44,078 nucleotides of DNA, from NCBI GenBank assembly GCA_043819135.1, contig JBDRFG010000015.1, positions 1 to 44,078 on the forward strand, read 5' to 3'. The translations under genes and the position numbers were made by a program. The stretch comes from Candidatus Eiseniibacteriota bacterium. Lineage in GTDB: Bacteria; Joyebacterota; Joyebacteria; Joyebacterales; Joyebacteraceae. The notes beneath the pieces are model-generated. The model was not told the DNA's origin and did no database searches. It saw nothing but the letters and a program-made list of their open reading frames with translations. This document shows, in pieces, positions 1-8,960 of this stretch (positions within the stretch are counted from its first letter, which is position 1; each line of letters opens with the position of its first letter).

Positions 1-222
1 CTCGCGGGATTGCGGGCGGTGGCCGCCCGGGTGCCCGACCTGCCCAAAGTCGCCATCGGCGGCATCACCTGCTCCGGGTCGGCGGACGTTCTCGATGCCG
101 GGGCGCAGTACGTCGCCGTGATCTCAGCCGTGTGTCACGCGAACGATCCCATCGCGGCCCTCGAAGCATTCCAATCACAGATCGGGCGGCGAACCCGCCC
201 ACCGACAGACAAGGTAGGATAG
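1..222 (+). CDS. thiE: Thiamine-phosphate synthase, C-terminal part (truncated by window edge)
   Basis: Frame 1 reads LAGLRAVAARVPDLPKVAIGGIT...VLDAGAQYVAVISAV, matching the ThiE C-terminal 'PxVAIGGI...GAxxVAVISA' motifs; thiD is nearby. Confidence 0.85.
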   Translation, partial: LAGLRAVAARVPDLPKVAIGGITCSGSADVLDAGAQYVAVISAVCHANDPIAALEAFQSQIGRRTRPPTDKVG

Positions 223-242
223 GTTTGAGCGACACATACGAC

Positions 243-770
243 ATGGACGCCCAGGCGAACTACAAGGGACTGAAATTCTGTCCGAGGTGCGCGACCGAAC
301 TCGAGGAGCGTGAGATCCGCGGGCACCGCCGCCTGACCTGCCCCGACTGCTCATACATCTTCTATTTCGGTCCGGCAGCCGTGACGTGCGTGCTCGCCGA
401 GCACGACGGACGCATCCTCTTCGTGCTGCGCAAGTACGAGCCCGGCAAGGGAAAGTGGTGTCTCCCGGCCGGTTTCGTGGAGGTCGGCGAGCAACCGGAC
501 GAGAGCGCGGTGCGGGAGATGAAAGAGGAGACGGGGCTCGACGTTGAGATCACCGGTATCTACGATGCGTGGGCGACGGACGAGGACCCGAGGACACCCG
601 TCATCAGCCTGGCGTTCACGGCGAGGATAGTAGGCGGTGACCCGGTCGCGGGAGACGACGCGGAGGAGGCGCGCTTCTTCGACATGGACGACCCGCCGGA
701 TCCGATAGCGTTCGAAGACCACAGGCGGATAGTCCGAGCGTACGCGGAGGAAGGCAAACGACGGATCTAG
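243..770 (+). CDS. Nudix hydrolase with N-terminal zinc ribbon (ADP-ribose pyrophosphatase-like)
   Basis: FCPRC...CPDC zinc ribbon; Nudix box GFVEVGEQPDESAVREMKEETG; ATG at 243 is the likely start. Confidence 0.9.
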   Translation: MDAQANYKGLKFCPRCATELEEREIRGHRRLTCPDCSYIFYFGPAAVTCVLAEHDGRILFVLRKYEPGKGKWCLPAGFVEVGEQPDESAVREMKEETGLDVEITGIYDAWATDEDPRTPVISLAFTARIVGGDPVAGDDAEEARFFDMDDPPDPIAFEDHRRIVRAYAEEGKRRI

Positions 771-781
771 GAGGAGAACGC

Positions 782-1843
782 ATGCCGAAGGAGAGACTCC
801 CCGAACTGGGCAAGGCAACACCGCAGTTCTTCGACGAGGTCATATTCCCGCGCCTCGGGGCGAAGGACGATTCCGTGGTGGTGGGTCCGACGCACGGCGT
901 CGACTTCGGCGCGATCACCATCGGGGACCGGACGGTGGTCCTTTCGACGGACCCGTTCTTCATCGCGCCCTCACTGGGCTGGGAACGTGCGGCGTGGTTC
1001 GCGCTCCACATCGTCGCGAGCGACGTCGCGGTCAGCGGTATCCCCCCCCGATACCTCGCGGTCGACCTGAACCTCCCCCCCGAGATGGAAGAGCAGACGC
1101 TCGTGACCGTCTGGGAGACCGTCCACAGCGAGGCCGAGCGCCTCGGGATCGCCGTAGTCACCGGCCATACGGCCAGGTACGCGGGCTGCAACTTCCCGAT
1201 GGTCGGTGGAGCGACCGTTTTCGGTGTGGGGGCCAGCGACGATCTGATCGACCCCAGGAAGGCCTCGATCGGCGACAGGATCATCATCACGAAGGGTCCC
1301 GCCGTCGAGACGACGGGACTGATGTCGGTGCAGTTTCCCGAGTTCATCACGGAGCGATTCGGCGAGCAGACGACGAAGGAGGCCCAGAGCGTTTTCTATC
1401 AGATGTCGGTGATCGAGGACGCAGCGATCTGTGCGGGCGTCGGTGGTGTGACGGCCATGCACGACGCGACCGAATGCGGGATCTGGGGCGCGCTCTTCGA
1501 GATGGCGCGCGCGTCCGGGAAGGGGCTTGTGGTCGAGAAACGCAGCATCGTCACGCAGGACGCCGTGCTCAAGACCTGCGAGGTCTTTGACATCGACCCC
1601 TACAAATCGATCAGCGAGGGAACGCTCGTGGCCGCAGTCAAACCGGACCGGGCGGAGGAGATACTTGCCGCCCTTGACGACGCGGGCATTCCGGCGTCGA
1701 TAGTGGGAGAACTCACGGAGCCCGGCACGGGCGTCGTCGTCACCGACGAAAGCGGGCAGCATCCTCTCGTGCATCCGGAGATCGACCCCTTCTGGGGCAA
1801 GTTCGAGGAGTACCTCGGGAAGCAGGCCGCGCGACAGGTGTGA
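782..1843 (+). CDS. AIR-synthase-related protein (PurM/HypE/ThiL/SelD superfamily)
   Basis: Motifs VVLSTDP, ASDVAVSG, VVTGHT, AMHDATECG, SEGTL; RBS GGAG upstream. Confidence 0.85.
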   Translation: MPKERLPELGKATPQFFDEVIFPRLGAKDDSVVVGPTHGVDFGAITIGDRTVVLSTDPFFIAPSLGWERAAWFALHIVASDVAVSGIPPRYLAVDLNLPPEMEEQTLVTVWETVHSEAERLGIAVVTGHTARYAGCNFPMVGGATVFGVGASDDLIDPRKASIGDRIIITKGPAVETTGLMSVQFPEFITERFGEQTTKEAQSVFYQMSVIEDAAICAGVGGVTAMHDATECGIWGALFEMARASGKGLVVEKRSIVTQDAVLKTCEVFDIDPYKSISEGTLVAAVKPDRAEEILAALDDAGIPASIVGELTEPGTGVVVTDESGQHPLVHPEIDPFWGKFEEYLGKQAARQV

Positions 1844-1922
1844 GAGTCACGGGTGCCGTGGCATGCGACGGTGAGCGGAAGGTGTTGCCGCGGTACGCGC
1901 CGGCGAAGGGAGAGCTTGAGAC

Positions 1923-2642
1923 ATGTCACCGGAAGCGCAACAGGCCGTCGCCGGAAGCTTCCTTCTTCTGGCGGCGCTGCACCACGTGGCCATCGCGGTC
2001 GTCGCGGTCCTGTTCTGGATCAGGCGGAGATCGATGGAGAGAGCGGTCGCCGTCTATCTGGCGCTCGCCTTCGGAACGACGACGGTGGCGCTCGCCACCC
2101 ACGCGCCGGCGAGAGTCGCGGCCGTTCTCGCGGCCGCGCTGTCGGTGCTCTGGATCCTGGAGGTCGCCCGCCCGCGGAACGTGCTGTCGTTCCGTCGCAC
2201 ACCGCGCCTTCGCCTGGGACTCATGATCGCCGCCGCGCTCTTCGCGTGGCTCTACCCCGGATACTCGGGAGAGCTTCCGGCTTTCGTTTTCTCCCCTCTC
2301 GGCGTGACGCTGCCTCCCACACTTCTCATCGCGCTCGCCGCTATGAACTCGGCCGCTCCGGGAACGAACCGTCCGCTCCACTGGTCGCTCACGGCCGTCG
2401 GGCTGTTCGTGGGGACAAGCGGCCTTTTGACGGAGGGGTGGATACACGTGCCGCTCGTCACTACATCCGTCTACGCGGTTCCGCTGCTGCTCGGGTGCGC
2501 GGTGCTCAGAGAGGACCCGGGCGAGATCGACGCGACCAGCGTCCGCGCGGTCCACGACCGAATGCACAAACGGCGAGTCCTCCTGTCGAGGCCTCGCCGC
2601 TCGTCTGTCCGGAAACTCGATGTCCGCGGACGAAGGAAGTAG
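1923..2642 (+). CDS. Hypothetical integral membrane protein (about 6-7 TM, basic C-terminal tail)
   Basis: Successive hydrophobic segments and an Arg-rich C-terminus; GGGAG upstream of the ATG. Confidence 0.65.
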   Translation: MSPEAQQAVAGSFLLLAALHHVAIAVVAVLFWIRRRSMERAVAVYLALAFGTTTVALATHAPARVAAVLAAALSVLWILEVARPRNVLSFRRTPRLRLGLMIAAALFAWLYPGYSGELPAFVFSPLGVTLPPTLLIALAAMNSAAPGTNRPLHWSLTAVGLFVGTSGLLTEGWIHVPLVTTSVYAVPLLLGCAVLREDPGEIDATSVRAVHDRMHKRRVLLSRPRRSSVRKLDVRGRRK

Positions 2643-2682
2643 GTACGCGCCGGTTAGTATCAAGGTCGCCGGCGCTCCCGCG

Positions 2683-3399
2683 CTAACTCTCGCCGCGGAT
2701 CACACACTCATCGAACATCGGCTTCATCATCTTCTGGAACTCCTCGAGGCGCTCCAGGTTGTACGGAGTTTCATCGAGGAAGGCCGGGTCAAGCGTGTCG
2801 CGCGCCACGTAGTTCTGAATGACAAAGCGTCTCGCACCCCTGATCTGCTCCGCCACGCGCTTCAGGTCCGAGGCGCGGTGGAGGGCAGGCACGACGGTCA
2901 TCCGGAACTCGTAGTCGACCCTGCCTTCCATGAGGAGATCGATGCTGTCGCGGACCTTGTCGAAGATGCGCCTGTCAGAGATACCGGCGCTCCGCGAGTA
3001 CGCATCGAAGTCGAGAGGAGCCTTGACGTCCATGGCGACGTAGTCGAGCAGCTCCTCCTGTATCAACGACTCGAGCAAGTCCGGGAAGGAACCGTTAGTG
3101 TCGAGCTTGACGCGCACACCAACATCTCGCAGCTGCTTCAGAAAGCCCCCGATGTTACTGTGGGTGCAGGGCTCGCCGCCTGTGACGACGACGCCGTCGA
3201 TGAAATCATTGTGCTCGCGAACGTAGTCAAGGATCTCATCGACGGGTATCGACTCGTACTGATCCGGGAGCAGAACCAGCCCGGAATTGTGACAGTACGG
3301 ACACCTGAAATTGCAGCCCGAGAGGTAGACCGTCGTGGCGACCATGCCGTCCCAATCCACCAGGGACATCCGGTCGAACCCCTTGATCGCATGCTTCAC
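2683..3399 (-). CDS. nrdG: Anaerobic ribonucleoside-triphosphate reductase activating protein-like radical SAM enzyme
   Basis: SLVDWDG...GCNFRCPYCHN, GVVVTGGEP, VKLDTNGS, YVAMDVK, YEFRMTVVP; GAGGGGG RBS before GTG at 3399 (alternative start 3405). Confidence 0.8.
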   Translation of the reverse strand: MKHAIKGFDRMSLVDWDGMVATTVYLSGCNFRCPYCHNSGLVLLPDQYESIPVDEILDYVREHNDFIDGVVVTGGEPCTHSNIGGFLKQLRDVGVRVKLDTNGSFPDLLESLIQEELLDYVAMDVKAPLDFDAYSRSAGISDRRIFDKVRDSIDLLMEGRVDYEFRMTVVPALHRASDLKRVAEQIRGARRFVIQNYVARDTLDPAFLDETPYNLERLEEFQKMMKPMFDECVIRGES

Positions 3400-3416
3400 T
3401 GACACCCCCTCTCAAG

Positions 3417-4334
3417 TTATTGCTTATAGTACAGCGTTTCGCCGTGCCGCACAACCGATAAGACCTCCTTTTCTACAAGCTCGTTGAGCATCTTGGCTGC
3501 GGCGGCCTGACTCATGCCGATCGAGCGTGCGACATCGAAGGCGGTGACCGGCCGGCGTGCCGCCATCGCGACGACGATCGCTGATGCATCGTTCACGGCC
3601 GTCGCCTGAGACGGTCCAGTGGCGCTCGCGATGACCTCCGCGGCCGGACCGAAACGTTCCGCTATCTCCTGCAGTCGCTCGGGTGAAAGAGCGTGCGCGC
3701 TCGGAACCGCCGGCGGCCGGACCACGGTGTTCACGTGCACCTTGTCCGGTTTGACGTCGTTGATAATTCCGGCGATGCGCTCCACTTCGCCGGAATCATC
3801 GTTGAGCCCCTCAACGAACACGACCTCGAGCCATATCTTCCCGCGATACTCGCGGGCGAAAGAGACGAGCCCGTCGGCGATTGCAGCAGGGTCGAGCGAT
3901 TCATGCGGACGGTTGACTCTTTCGAAGGCGGCCCTCGATACCGCATCGATCGAGGGAGCGACCACGTCTGCGCGCGAGAGAGCGGACCGCACATCAGGGT
4001 CGGTGAGCAGCGTTCCGTTGGTGAGGACGGCCACCGGAACGTCGGTCATTGCTTTGATCCCATCTATCAATTTGCCGATGTCAGAGTTGAGCGTGGGCTC
4101 ACCGGACCCCGAGAGCGTGATGAAGTCCAGTTCGGGATGCTCCTCCAGCCGGGCTCCCAGTTCCTCCAGTATCCCGTCGACGGGAACGTACGGCCGGCGG
4201 GTCACGGTGCGCTCCGTGGTCGGTCCCAGCTCGCAGTAGACGCAGTCAAGCGTGCACGTCTTCGGAACGACGGGGTCCACGCCGAGCGAGAAACCAAGCC
4301 TTCGCGATGGGACCGGCCCGAATACATGCTTCAT
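3417..4334 (-). CDS. Uncharacterised radical SAM protein with C-terminal winged-helix-like segment
   Basis: N-terminal FGPVPSRRLGFSLG, CTLDCVYC cluster motif, SGSGEPTL, LTNGTLL; GGAGG RBS. Confidence 0.85.
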   Translation of the reverse strand: MKHVFGPVPSRRLGFSLGVDPVVPKTCTLDCVYCELGPTTERTVTRRPYVPVDGILEELGARLEEHPELDFITLSGSGEPTLNSDIGKLIDGIKAMTDVPVAVLTNGTLLTDPDVRSALSRADVVAPSIDAVSRAAFERVNRPHESLDPAAIADGLVSFAREYRGKIWLEVVFVEGLNDDSGEVERIAGIINDVKPDKVHVNTVVRPPAVPSAHALSPERLQEIAERFGPAAEVIASATGPSQATAVNDASAIVVAMAARRPVTAFDVARSIGMSQAAAAKMLNELVEKEVLSVVRHGETLYYKQ

Positions 4335-4385
4335 GCAGTCCTCCATTCGAGGTCCGCCCTGCCCGGCGGCACCGGCCGGACCGGC

Positions 4386-5180
4386 TCAGCTCTCGTCCAC
4401 CGACACGAAGTGATTGAGAAGCGCGCTGCCGCGGCCCATTCCGAGTGACTCCGCGATGGCGCGCGTCACGAACGCTTTCGCCCTGACCACCGCCTCCGTC
4501 AGCTCAAGCCCGAGCGCCAGCCCTGAGGCGATGGCCGCCGACAGCGTGCACCCCGTTCCGTGCATCTTGCCGCCCTCGATCCGTTCGACCGTGAAGCGGG
4601 TGATGCCCACCCCGTCGAACAGAATATCGGTGGCGCTGCCCTCCATGTGCCCCGCCTTCACGAGCACGTTGGACGCCCCCAGTGCGTGCACCGCCCGGGC
4701 GGCCTCTTCCATTGTTTCTAATGAGACTATCCTGACCCCGGACAGGGTTTCCGCCTCCGGGACGTTGGGCGTCACGACAGAGGCCAGCGGCAAGAGAACC
4801 GTCCTGAGCGCGGCGACCGCGTCGTCCTCTATCAGAGCCGCCCCGGACGTCGCTATCATCACGGGGTCGACGACCAGATTCGGGATCCGGTGGTGAGCGA
4901 CGCGCTCGGCCACCGCCTCGATGACCGCGGCCGTTCCAAGCATGCCCGTCTTGGCCGCATCCGCCCCGATGTCAACCATCACGGCGTCTATCTGGCGAGC
5001 GACCAGATCGGGTGACAGGAACAGGCTATCGGTCACCCCCAGTGTGTTCTGCGCCGTGACTGCCGTCAAGGCAGTGGCGCCATAGACACGGAATGCGGAC
5101 ATCGTCTTGAGGTCGGCCTGGATCCCGGCGCCCCCGGACGAGTCGGACCCCGCGATTGTCAATGCTGTCGGTACGGTCAT
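4386..5180 (-). CDS. thiD: Hydroxymethylpyrimidine/phosphomethylpyrimidine kinase
   Basis: [65 protein letters not shown] before ATG at 5180. Confidence 0.95.
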   Translation of the reverse strand: MTVPTALTIAGSDSSGGAGIQADLKTMSAFRVYGATALTAVTAQNTLGVTDSLFLSPDLVARQIDAVMVDIGADAAKTGMLGTAAVIEAVAERVAHHRIPNLVVDPVMIATSGAALIEDDAVAALRTVLLPLASVVTPNVPEAETLSGVRIVSLETMEEAARAVHALGASNVLVKAGHMEGSATDILFDGVGITRFTVERIEGGKMHGTGCTLSAAIASGLALGLELTEAVVRAKAFVTRAIAESLGMGRGSALLNHFVSVDES

Positions 5181-5404
5181 CGCCTCCTCCGTCGGACAGG
5201 GACCCCGGTTGGCCCGGCACGGATCGTCGGACCAGGAACCGGGCGCGTCGGACATGGGCAGCAGGACGTCGACCCCGGCTCGTCGAGCGTCGACTCCGAG
5301 CGGACGCTCACGATTCGGGTTGCCGAGACCGTCCCGTGAGTGGTATCTTTTTCGTTCGTGGTGCCGCGTGCGCCGGGACGCTCGGGTACGCACCGCAGGA
5401 ACTC

Positions 5405-5433
5405 ATTCTAGCGGGAGGCGCCTCGGTCCTCAA
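5405..5433 (-). promoter_or_regulatory. Sigma70-type promoter for the thiD operon (TTGAGG-N17-TAGAAT)
   Basis: Minus strand reads TTGAGG accgaggcgcctcccgc TAGAAT, implying a leader of about 220 nt. Confidence 0.55.
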
Positions 5434-5504
5434 CGTCAATCTCTCTACCGCGCCCGGGGGTCCGACGGACCCTGGGGACGCATCCGACAGGGAGCCTTCG
5501 CATC

Positions 5505-6962
5505 GTGCGCATAGGTGAACACCCGATCCTCGATCTGGAGAAGGGCCCCCTCGTCGAGTTCGCACACGACGGACACAAGCTCGAGGGGCACGAGGGTGAG
5601 ACCATCGCCGCGGCGCTTCATGCTGCGGGTGTGCGCGTTCTCAGGCACAGCATCAAGCTGGGTCGGCCTCGCGGGTTCTTCTGCGCCATCGGCAGATGCT
5701 CATCGTGTCTCATGACCGTCGACGGCGTCCCCAACGTGATGACCTGCGTCACTCCTCTCAAGGCAGGTATGAGAGTCGAGACGCAGACGGACAAGGGTGT
5801 CATTCCCGACGTGCGATTCCCCGAGGCGCCATCGGACCCCGACTACCCCCGAGACCTGGGCAACGTCCCTCTCGCCATAGTGGGCGGCGGTCCGGCGGGT
5901 CTCTCAGCCGCCATCGCGGCGGGAAGGCTCGGGGTCGAGTGCGTCGTCCTCGACGAAAATGCCGTTCCCGGCGGCCAGCTCGTCAAGCAGACGCACATGT
6001 TCTTCGGCTCGAAGGAACATCACGCGCGCGTGCGCGGGATAGACATCGGCGACATTCTGCTGAAGGAACTAGAGGGCCTGCCCGTCAGGACCATGACGGA
6101 CACGACCGTGCTGGGGCTCTACCCCGGCAGAGTGCTTGCGCTCCTCCGGAACGGGAGACTCCACCGTCTGACAGCGGACTCGGTGGTCCTGGCCACCGGC
6201 GCATCGGAGAGCATGCTGGCGTTTCCCCAGAGCGACCTGCCCGGCGTCTACGGCGCCGGTGCCGTTCAGACCCTGATGAACGTCGACGGCGTCACCCCGG
6301 GGAAGAGAGTCCTCATGGTGGGCGCCGGGAACATCGGGCTCATAGTCAGCTACCAGCTCCTCCAGGCCGGCGTGCAGGTCGCGGCCGTGGTCGAGGGCCT
6401 GCCCGAGATAGGCGGATACCACGTGCACGCGGCGAAGATACGGCGGGCCGGTGTGCCGATCCTGACGTCGCACACTGTTCTTCGCGCCGTGGGGACGGAC
6501 CGCGTCAAGGGCGCCGTCGTCTCGAAGATCGACAGCGACTGGCACCCCATCGAAGGATCCGAGGTCGAGTTCGACGTCGACACCATCTGCCTCGCGGTCG
6601 GGCTGACGCCCAACTGCGAACTGGCTTCGCAGCTCGGCTGCGACGAGGCGCACGTTGCGGAACTGGGCGGCTGGGTCGCGATACACGACGCGGGCCTCGA
6701 GACCACGGTCCCCGGTGTGTTCGTAGCCGGCGACGCCTCGGGCATCGAGGAGGCATCCACGGCCATGCTCGAGGGGCAGCTCGCGGGCCTGTCGGCCGCA
6801 GCAAGGCTCCTGTCTGACGCGGACGAAGGCGTTCTGGCGGGGCTCAGGAGCGAGGTGGAAGAAGGGCTCCGCGCGCTCAGGGCCGGACCGTTCGGCGAGC
6901 ATCCCAGAACCGGTAAGCAGAAGATGGTCGAACTGGCGCGGTCGCGCGGAGGTGTCTCGTGA
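5505..6962 (+). CDS. Dye-linked L-proline dehydrogenase/sarcosine oxidase alpha-like subunit (N-terminal 2Fe-2S plus FAD/NAD oxidoreductase)
   Basis: GETIAAAL...[17 protein letters not shown]...C iron-sulfur motif; GGGPAG FAD motif; VVLATGA; GAGNIG; AGDASG. Confidence 0.85.
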   Translation: MRIGEHPILDLEKGPLVEFAHDGHKLEGHEGETIAAALHAAGVRVLRHSIKLGRPRGFFCAIGRCSSCLMTVDGVPNVMTCVTPLKAGMRVETQTDKGVIPDVRFPEAPSDPDYPRDLGNVPLAIVGGGPAGLSAAIAAGRLGVECVVLDENAVPGGQLVKQTHMFFGSKEHHARVRGIDIGDILLKELEGLPVRTMTDTTVLGLYPGRVLALLRNGRLHRLTADSVVLATGASESMLAFPQSDLPGVYGAGAVQTLMNVDGVTPGKRVLMVGAGNIGLIVSYQLLQAGVQVAAVVEGLPEIGGYHVHAAKIRRAGVPILTSHTVLRAVGTDRVKGAVVSKIDSDWHPIEGSEVEFDVDTICLAVGLTPNCELASQLGCDEAHVAELGGWVAIHDAGLETTVPGVFVAGDASGIEEASTAMLEGQLAGLSAAARLLSDADEGVLAGLRSEVEEGLRALRAGPFGEHPRTGKQKMVELARSRGGVS

Positions 6963-7459
6963 GCCACCGATCTGACGGAGTACTGGAGCGTGGCCAGATC
7001 GCCCCCCTCGTGCCGCCGGTAGAGAGACTCCGGAAGGGCCCCGTCGCCATCATCGAGTGCGTCGAGAACATCCCCTGTAACCCTTGCGTCGGCGCGTGCC
7101 CGAAGGGCGCAATACGCATAGAGGGCGACATGAACGGTACGCCGTCGGTCGACTTCGGGATCTGCGACGGGTGCGGACTGTGCATCAGCGCGTGCCCCGG
7201 GCTCGCGATATTCGTGGTCAATGCGCGCCCGGACAACGACACGGCGACGGTCTCGCTTCCATACGAATACGTCCCCCTACCCACCGTCGGTGACACCGTC
7301 GTGACGCTGTCGAGGGAAGGCGATGTTCTGGGCGAAGGTAGGGTCGAGCGGGTCCTGTCGGCAAAGGCGCTGGACCGGACTCCGATAGTTACGCTCGCGG
7401 TGCCCGCGGAGCACGCGATGGACGTGAGACACTTTCTGGCGAAGGACGTGACTGCATGA
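6959..7459 (+). CDS. 4Fe-4S ferredoxin-like subunit (gamma-like)
   Basis: ECVENIPCNPCVGACP and CDGCGLCISACPG; GTGA overlap with the upstream stop. Confidence 0.85.
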   Translation: MSHRSDGVLERGQIAPLVPPVERLRKGPVAIIECVENIPCNPCVGACPKGAIRIEGDMNGTPSVDFGICDGCGLCISACPGLAIFVVNARPDNDTATVSLPYEYVPLPTVGDTVVTLSREGDVLGEGRVERVLSAKALDRTPIVTLAVPAEHAMDVRHFLAKDVTA

Positions 7460-7764
7460 ACCGCGACGTCATCATCTGCAGGTGCGAGGACGTAACTCTC
7501 GGTGAGATCGCGGACGCGATCGACGCAGGGTTGACGACCACCGAGGAGATCAAGCGTATCCTCCGATGCGGGATGGGACCATGCCAGGGCCGGACGTGCT
7601 CCAGGCTCATCGCGAGGATGATATCCGAGAGAACAGGAGCGAAGGTCGCCGACGTACCCTACCCGGCCGTCCGGCCACCGACGAGGCCCGTCGAGATAGG
7701 AACTCTCGAGGAACCGGGCAGCGTGGCCATCAAGACCCTGACTGGAACCAGTGATGAAGAGTAG
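7456..7764 (+). CDS. BFD-like 2Fe-2S small subunit (delta-like)
   Basis: IICRCEDV...RCGMGPCQGRTC...RPP; ATGA overlap. Confidence 0.85.
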   Translation: MNRDVIICRCEDVTLGEIADAIDAGLTTTEEIKRILRCGMGPCQGRTCSRLIARMISERTGAKVADVPYPAVRPPTRPVEIGTLEEPGSVAIKTLTGTSDEE

Positions 7765-8899
7765 GGCCGAGTGCGTCATCATAGGAGGCGGAGTCGTCGG
7801 CACCGCCATCGCCTACTACCTGGCGAAGGCCGGTATGACAGACTGCGTACTCGTCGAGGCGGACTATCTCTCGTCCGGGGCGACCGGCCGCTGCGGCGGA
7901 GGGATCCGCCAACAGTGGAGCACCGAGGCCAACACCCGGCTCGCGATCGAGAGCGTCCGGGAGTTCTCGACCCTCGAGGACGAACTCGACGCGGACATCG
8001 AGTTCCTTCAAGGCGGCTACCTGATCCTCGCGTACACCAACGAGGACGTCGCTCAATTCGAGAAGAACATCGCGCTCCAGCAGGGGCTCGGCCTCGACGT
8101 CGTCACACTGACACCCGATGAGATCAGAGAACGCGTCGTTCCTCAGCTGAACACCGAGGGCGTCCGCATGGCGACCTACTGCCCGTCGGACGCAAGCGCC
8201 AACCCGTTCCTGACAACGTCTGCCTACGCGCACGCCGCGCGCCGCCTCGGTGTCGAGATCGAGCTCTTCACTCCTGTCAGGAGCGTCCTCACGGAGGGTG
8301 GGAAGGTCACGGGTGTCGAGACCTCGAGGGGGACCATCAGCGCTCCGCTCGTGGTAAACGTCGCCGGCAGTCACTCGGTTCCGATCGCGAAGACCGCGGG
8401 CGTTGACCTCCCGATCACTCCGTGCCGCAGACAGATCCTGGTCACCGAGCCTCTCGAGCGGTTCTTCCACCCGATGATCATATCCTTCAGCTTCGGGATC
8501 TACCTCAGGCAGGTCAAGCACGGCGCGGTGATCGGCGGATTCGGGGATCCGGACGAACCCGCGGGCTTCAACCAGACGTCGAGCCTCGAGTTTCTCACGA
8601 CCATGTCGTCGAAGCTGGCCTTCCTCATGCCGCGTCTGAGATCCGTGAAGATCGTCAGACAGTGGGGTGGTCTCTACGATCTGACGCCGGACGCGCAGCC
8701 CATACTGGGAGAGACCGACGGTGTGGAGGGGTTCTTCCAGGCGAGCGGCTTCTCGGGGCACGGCTTCATGATCGCTCCGATGGTCGCCACGCTCGTTGCG
8801 CAGACCGTGGCCGGTCAGGAACCCGACCTCGACATCTCCCGCCTGAACGCGCGTCGCTTCACCGAGGGACCCATCACTACGGACAAGTCTGTCGTCTAG
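7751..8899 (+). CDS. FAD-dependent amino-acid oxidoreductase, DAO family (proline dehydrogenase/sarcosine oxidase beta-like)
   Basis: IIGGGVVG, GATGRCGGG, WGGLYDLTPD, GFSGHGFM. Confidence 0.9.
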   Translation: MMKSRAECVIIGGGVVGTAIAYYLAKAGMTDCVLVEADYLSSGATGRCGGGIRQQWSTEANTRLAIESVREFSTLEDELDADIEFLQGGYLILAYTNEDVAQFEKNIALQQGLGLDVVTLTPDEIRERVVPQLNTEGVRMATYCPSDASANPFLTTSAYAHAARRLGVEIELFTPVRSVLTEGGKVTGVETSRGTISAPLVVNVAGSHSVPIAKTAGVDLPITPCRRQILVTEPLERFFHPMIISFSFGIYLRQVKHGAVIGGFGDPDEPAGFNQTSSLEFLTTMSSKLAFLMPRLRSVKIVRQWGGLYDLTPDAQPILGETDGVEGFFQASGFSGHGFMIAPMVATLVAQTVAGQEPDLDISRLNARRFTEGPITTDKSVV

Positions 8900-8960
8900 A
8901 CGGGCTCGTCCTTTCCCACATCCGGCGTCGGCACCCTCGAAAGGACTGCCCACCACTCCG

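Noticed and set aside
5181..5400. Canonical TPP riboswitch, SAM-I (CGGCAACC) or T-box (GTGGTGCCGCG) upstream of thiD
   Set aside because: Only isolated short words match; the other conserved elements are absent, and the T-box-like word is on the wrong strand for thiD.
5505..8899. Hydrogen cyanide synthase hcnABC
   Set aside because: The fused 2Fe-2S/FAD alpha subunit plus separate 4Fe-4S and BFD-like subunits fit the proline dehydrogenase-type layout better.
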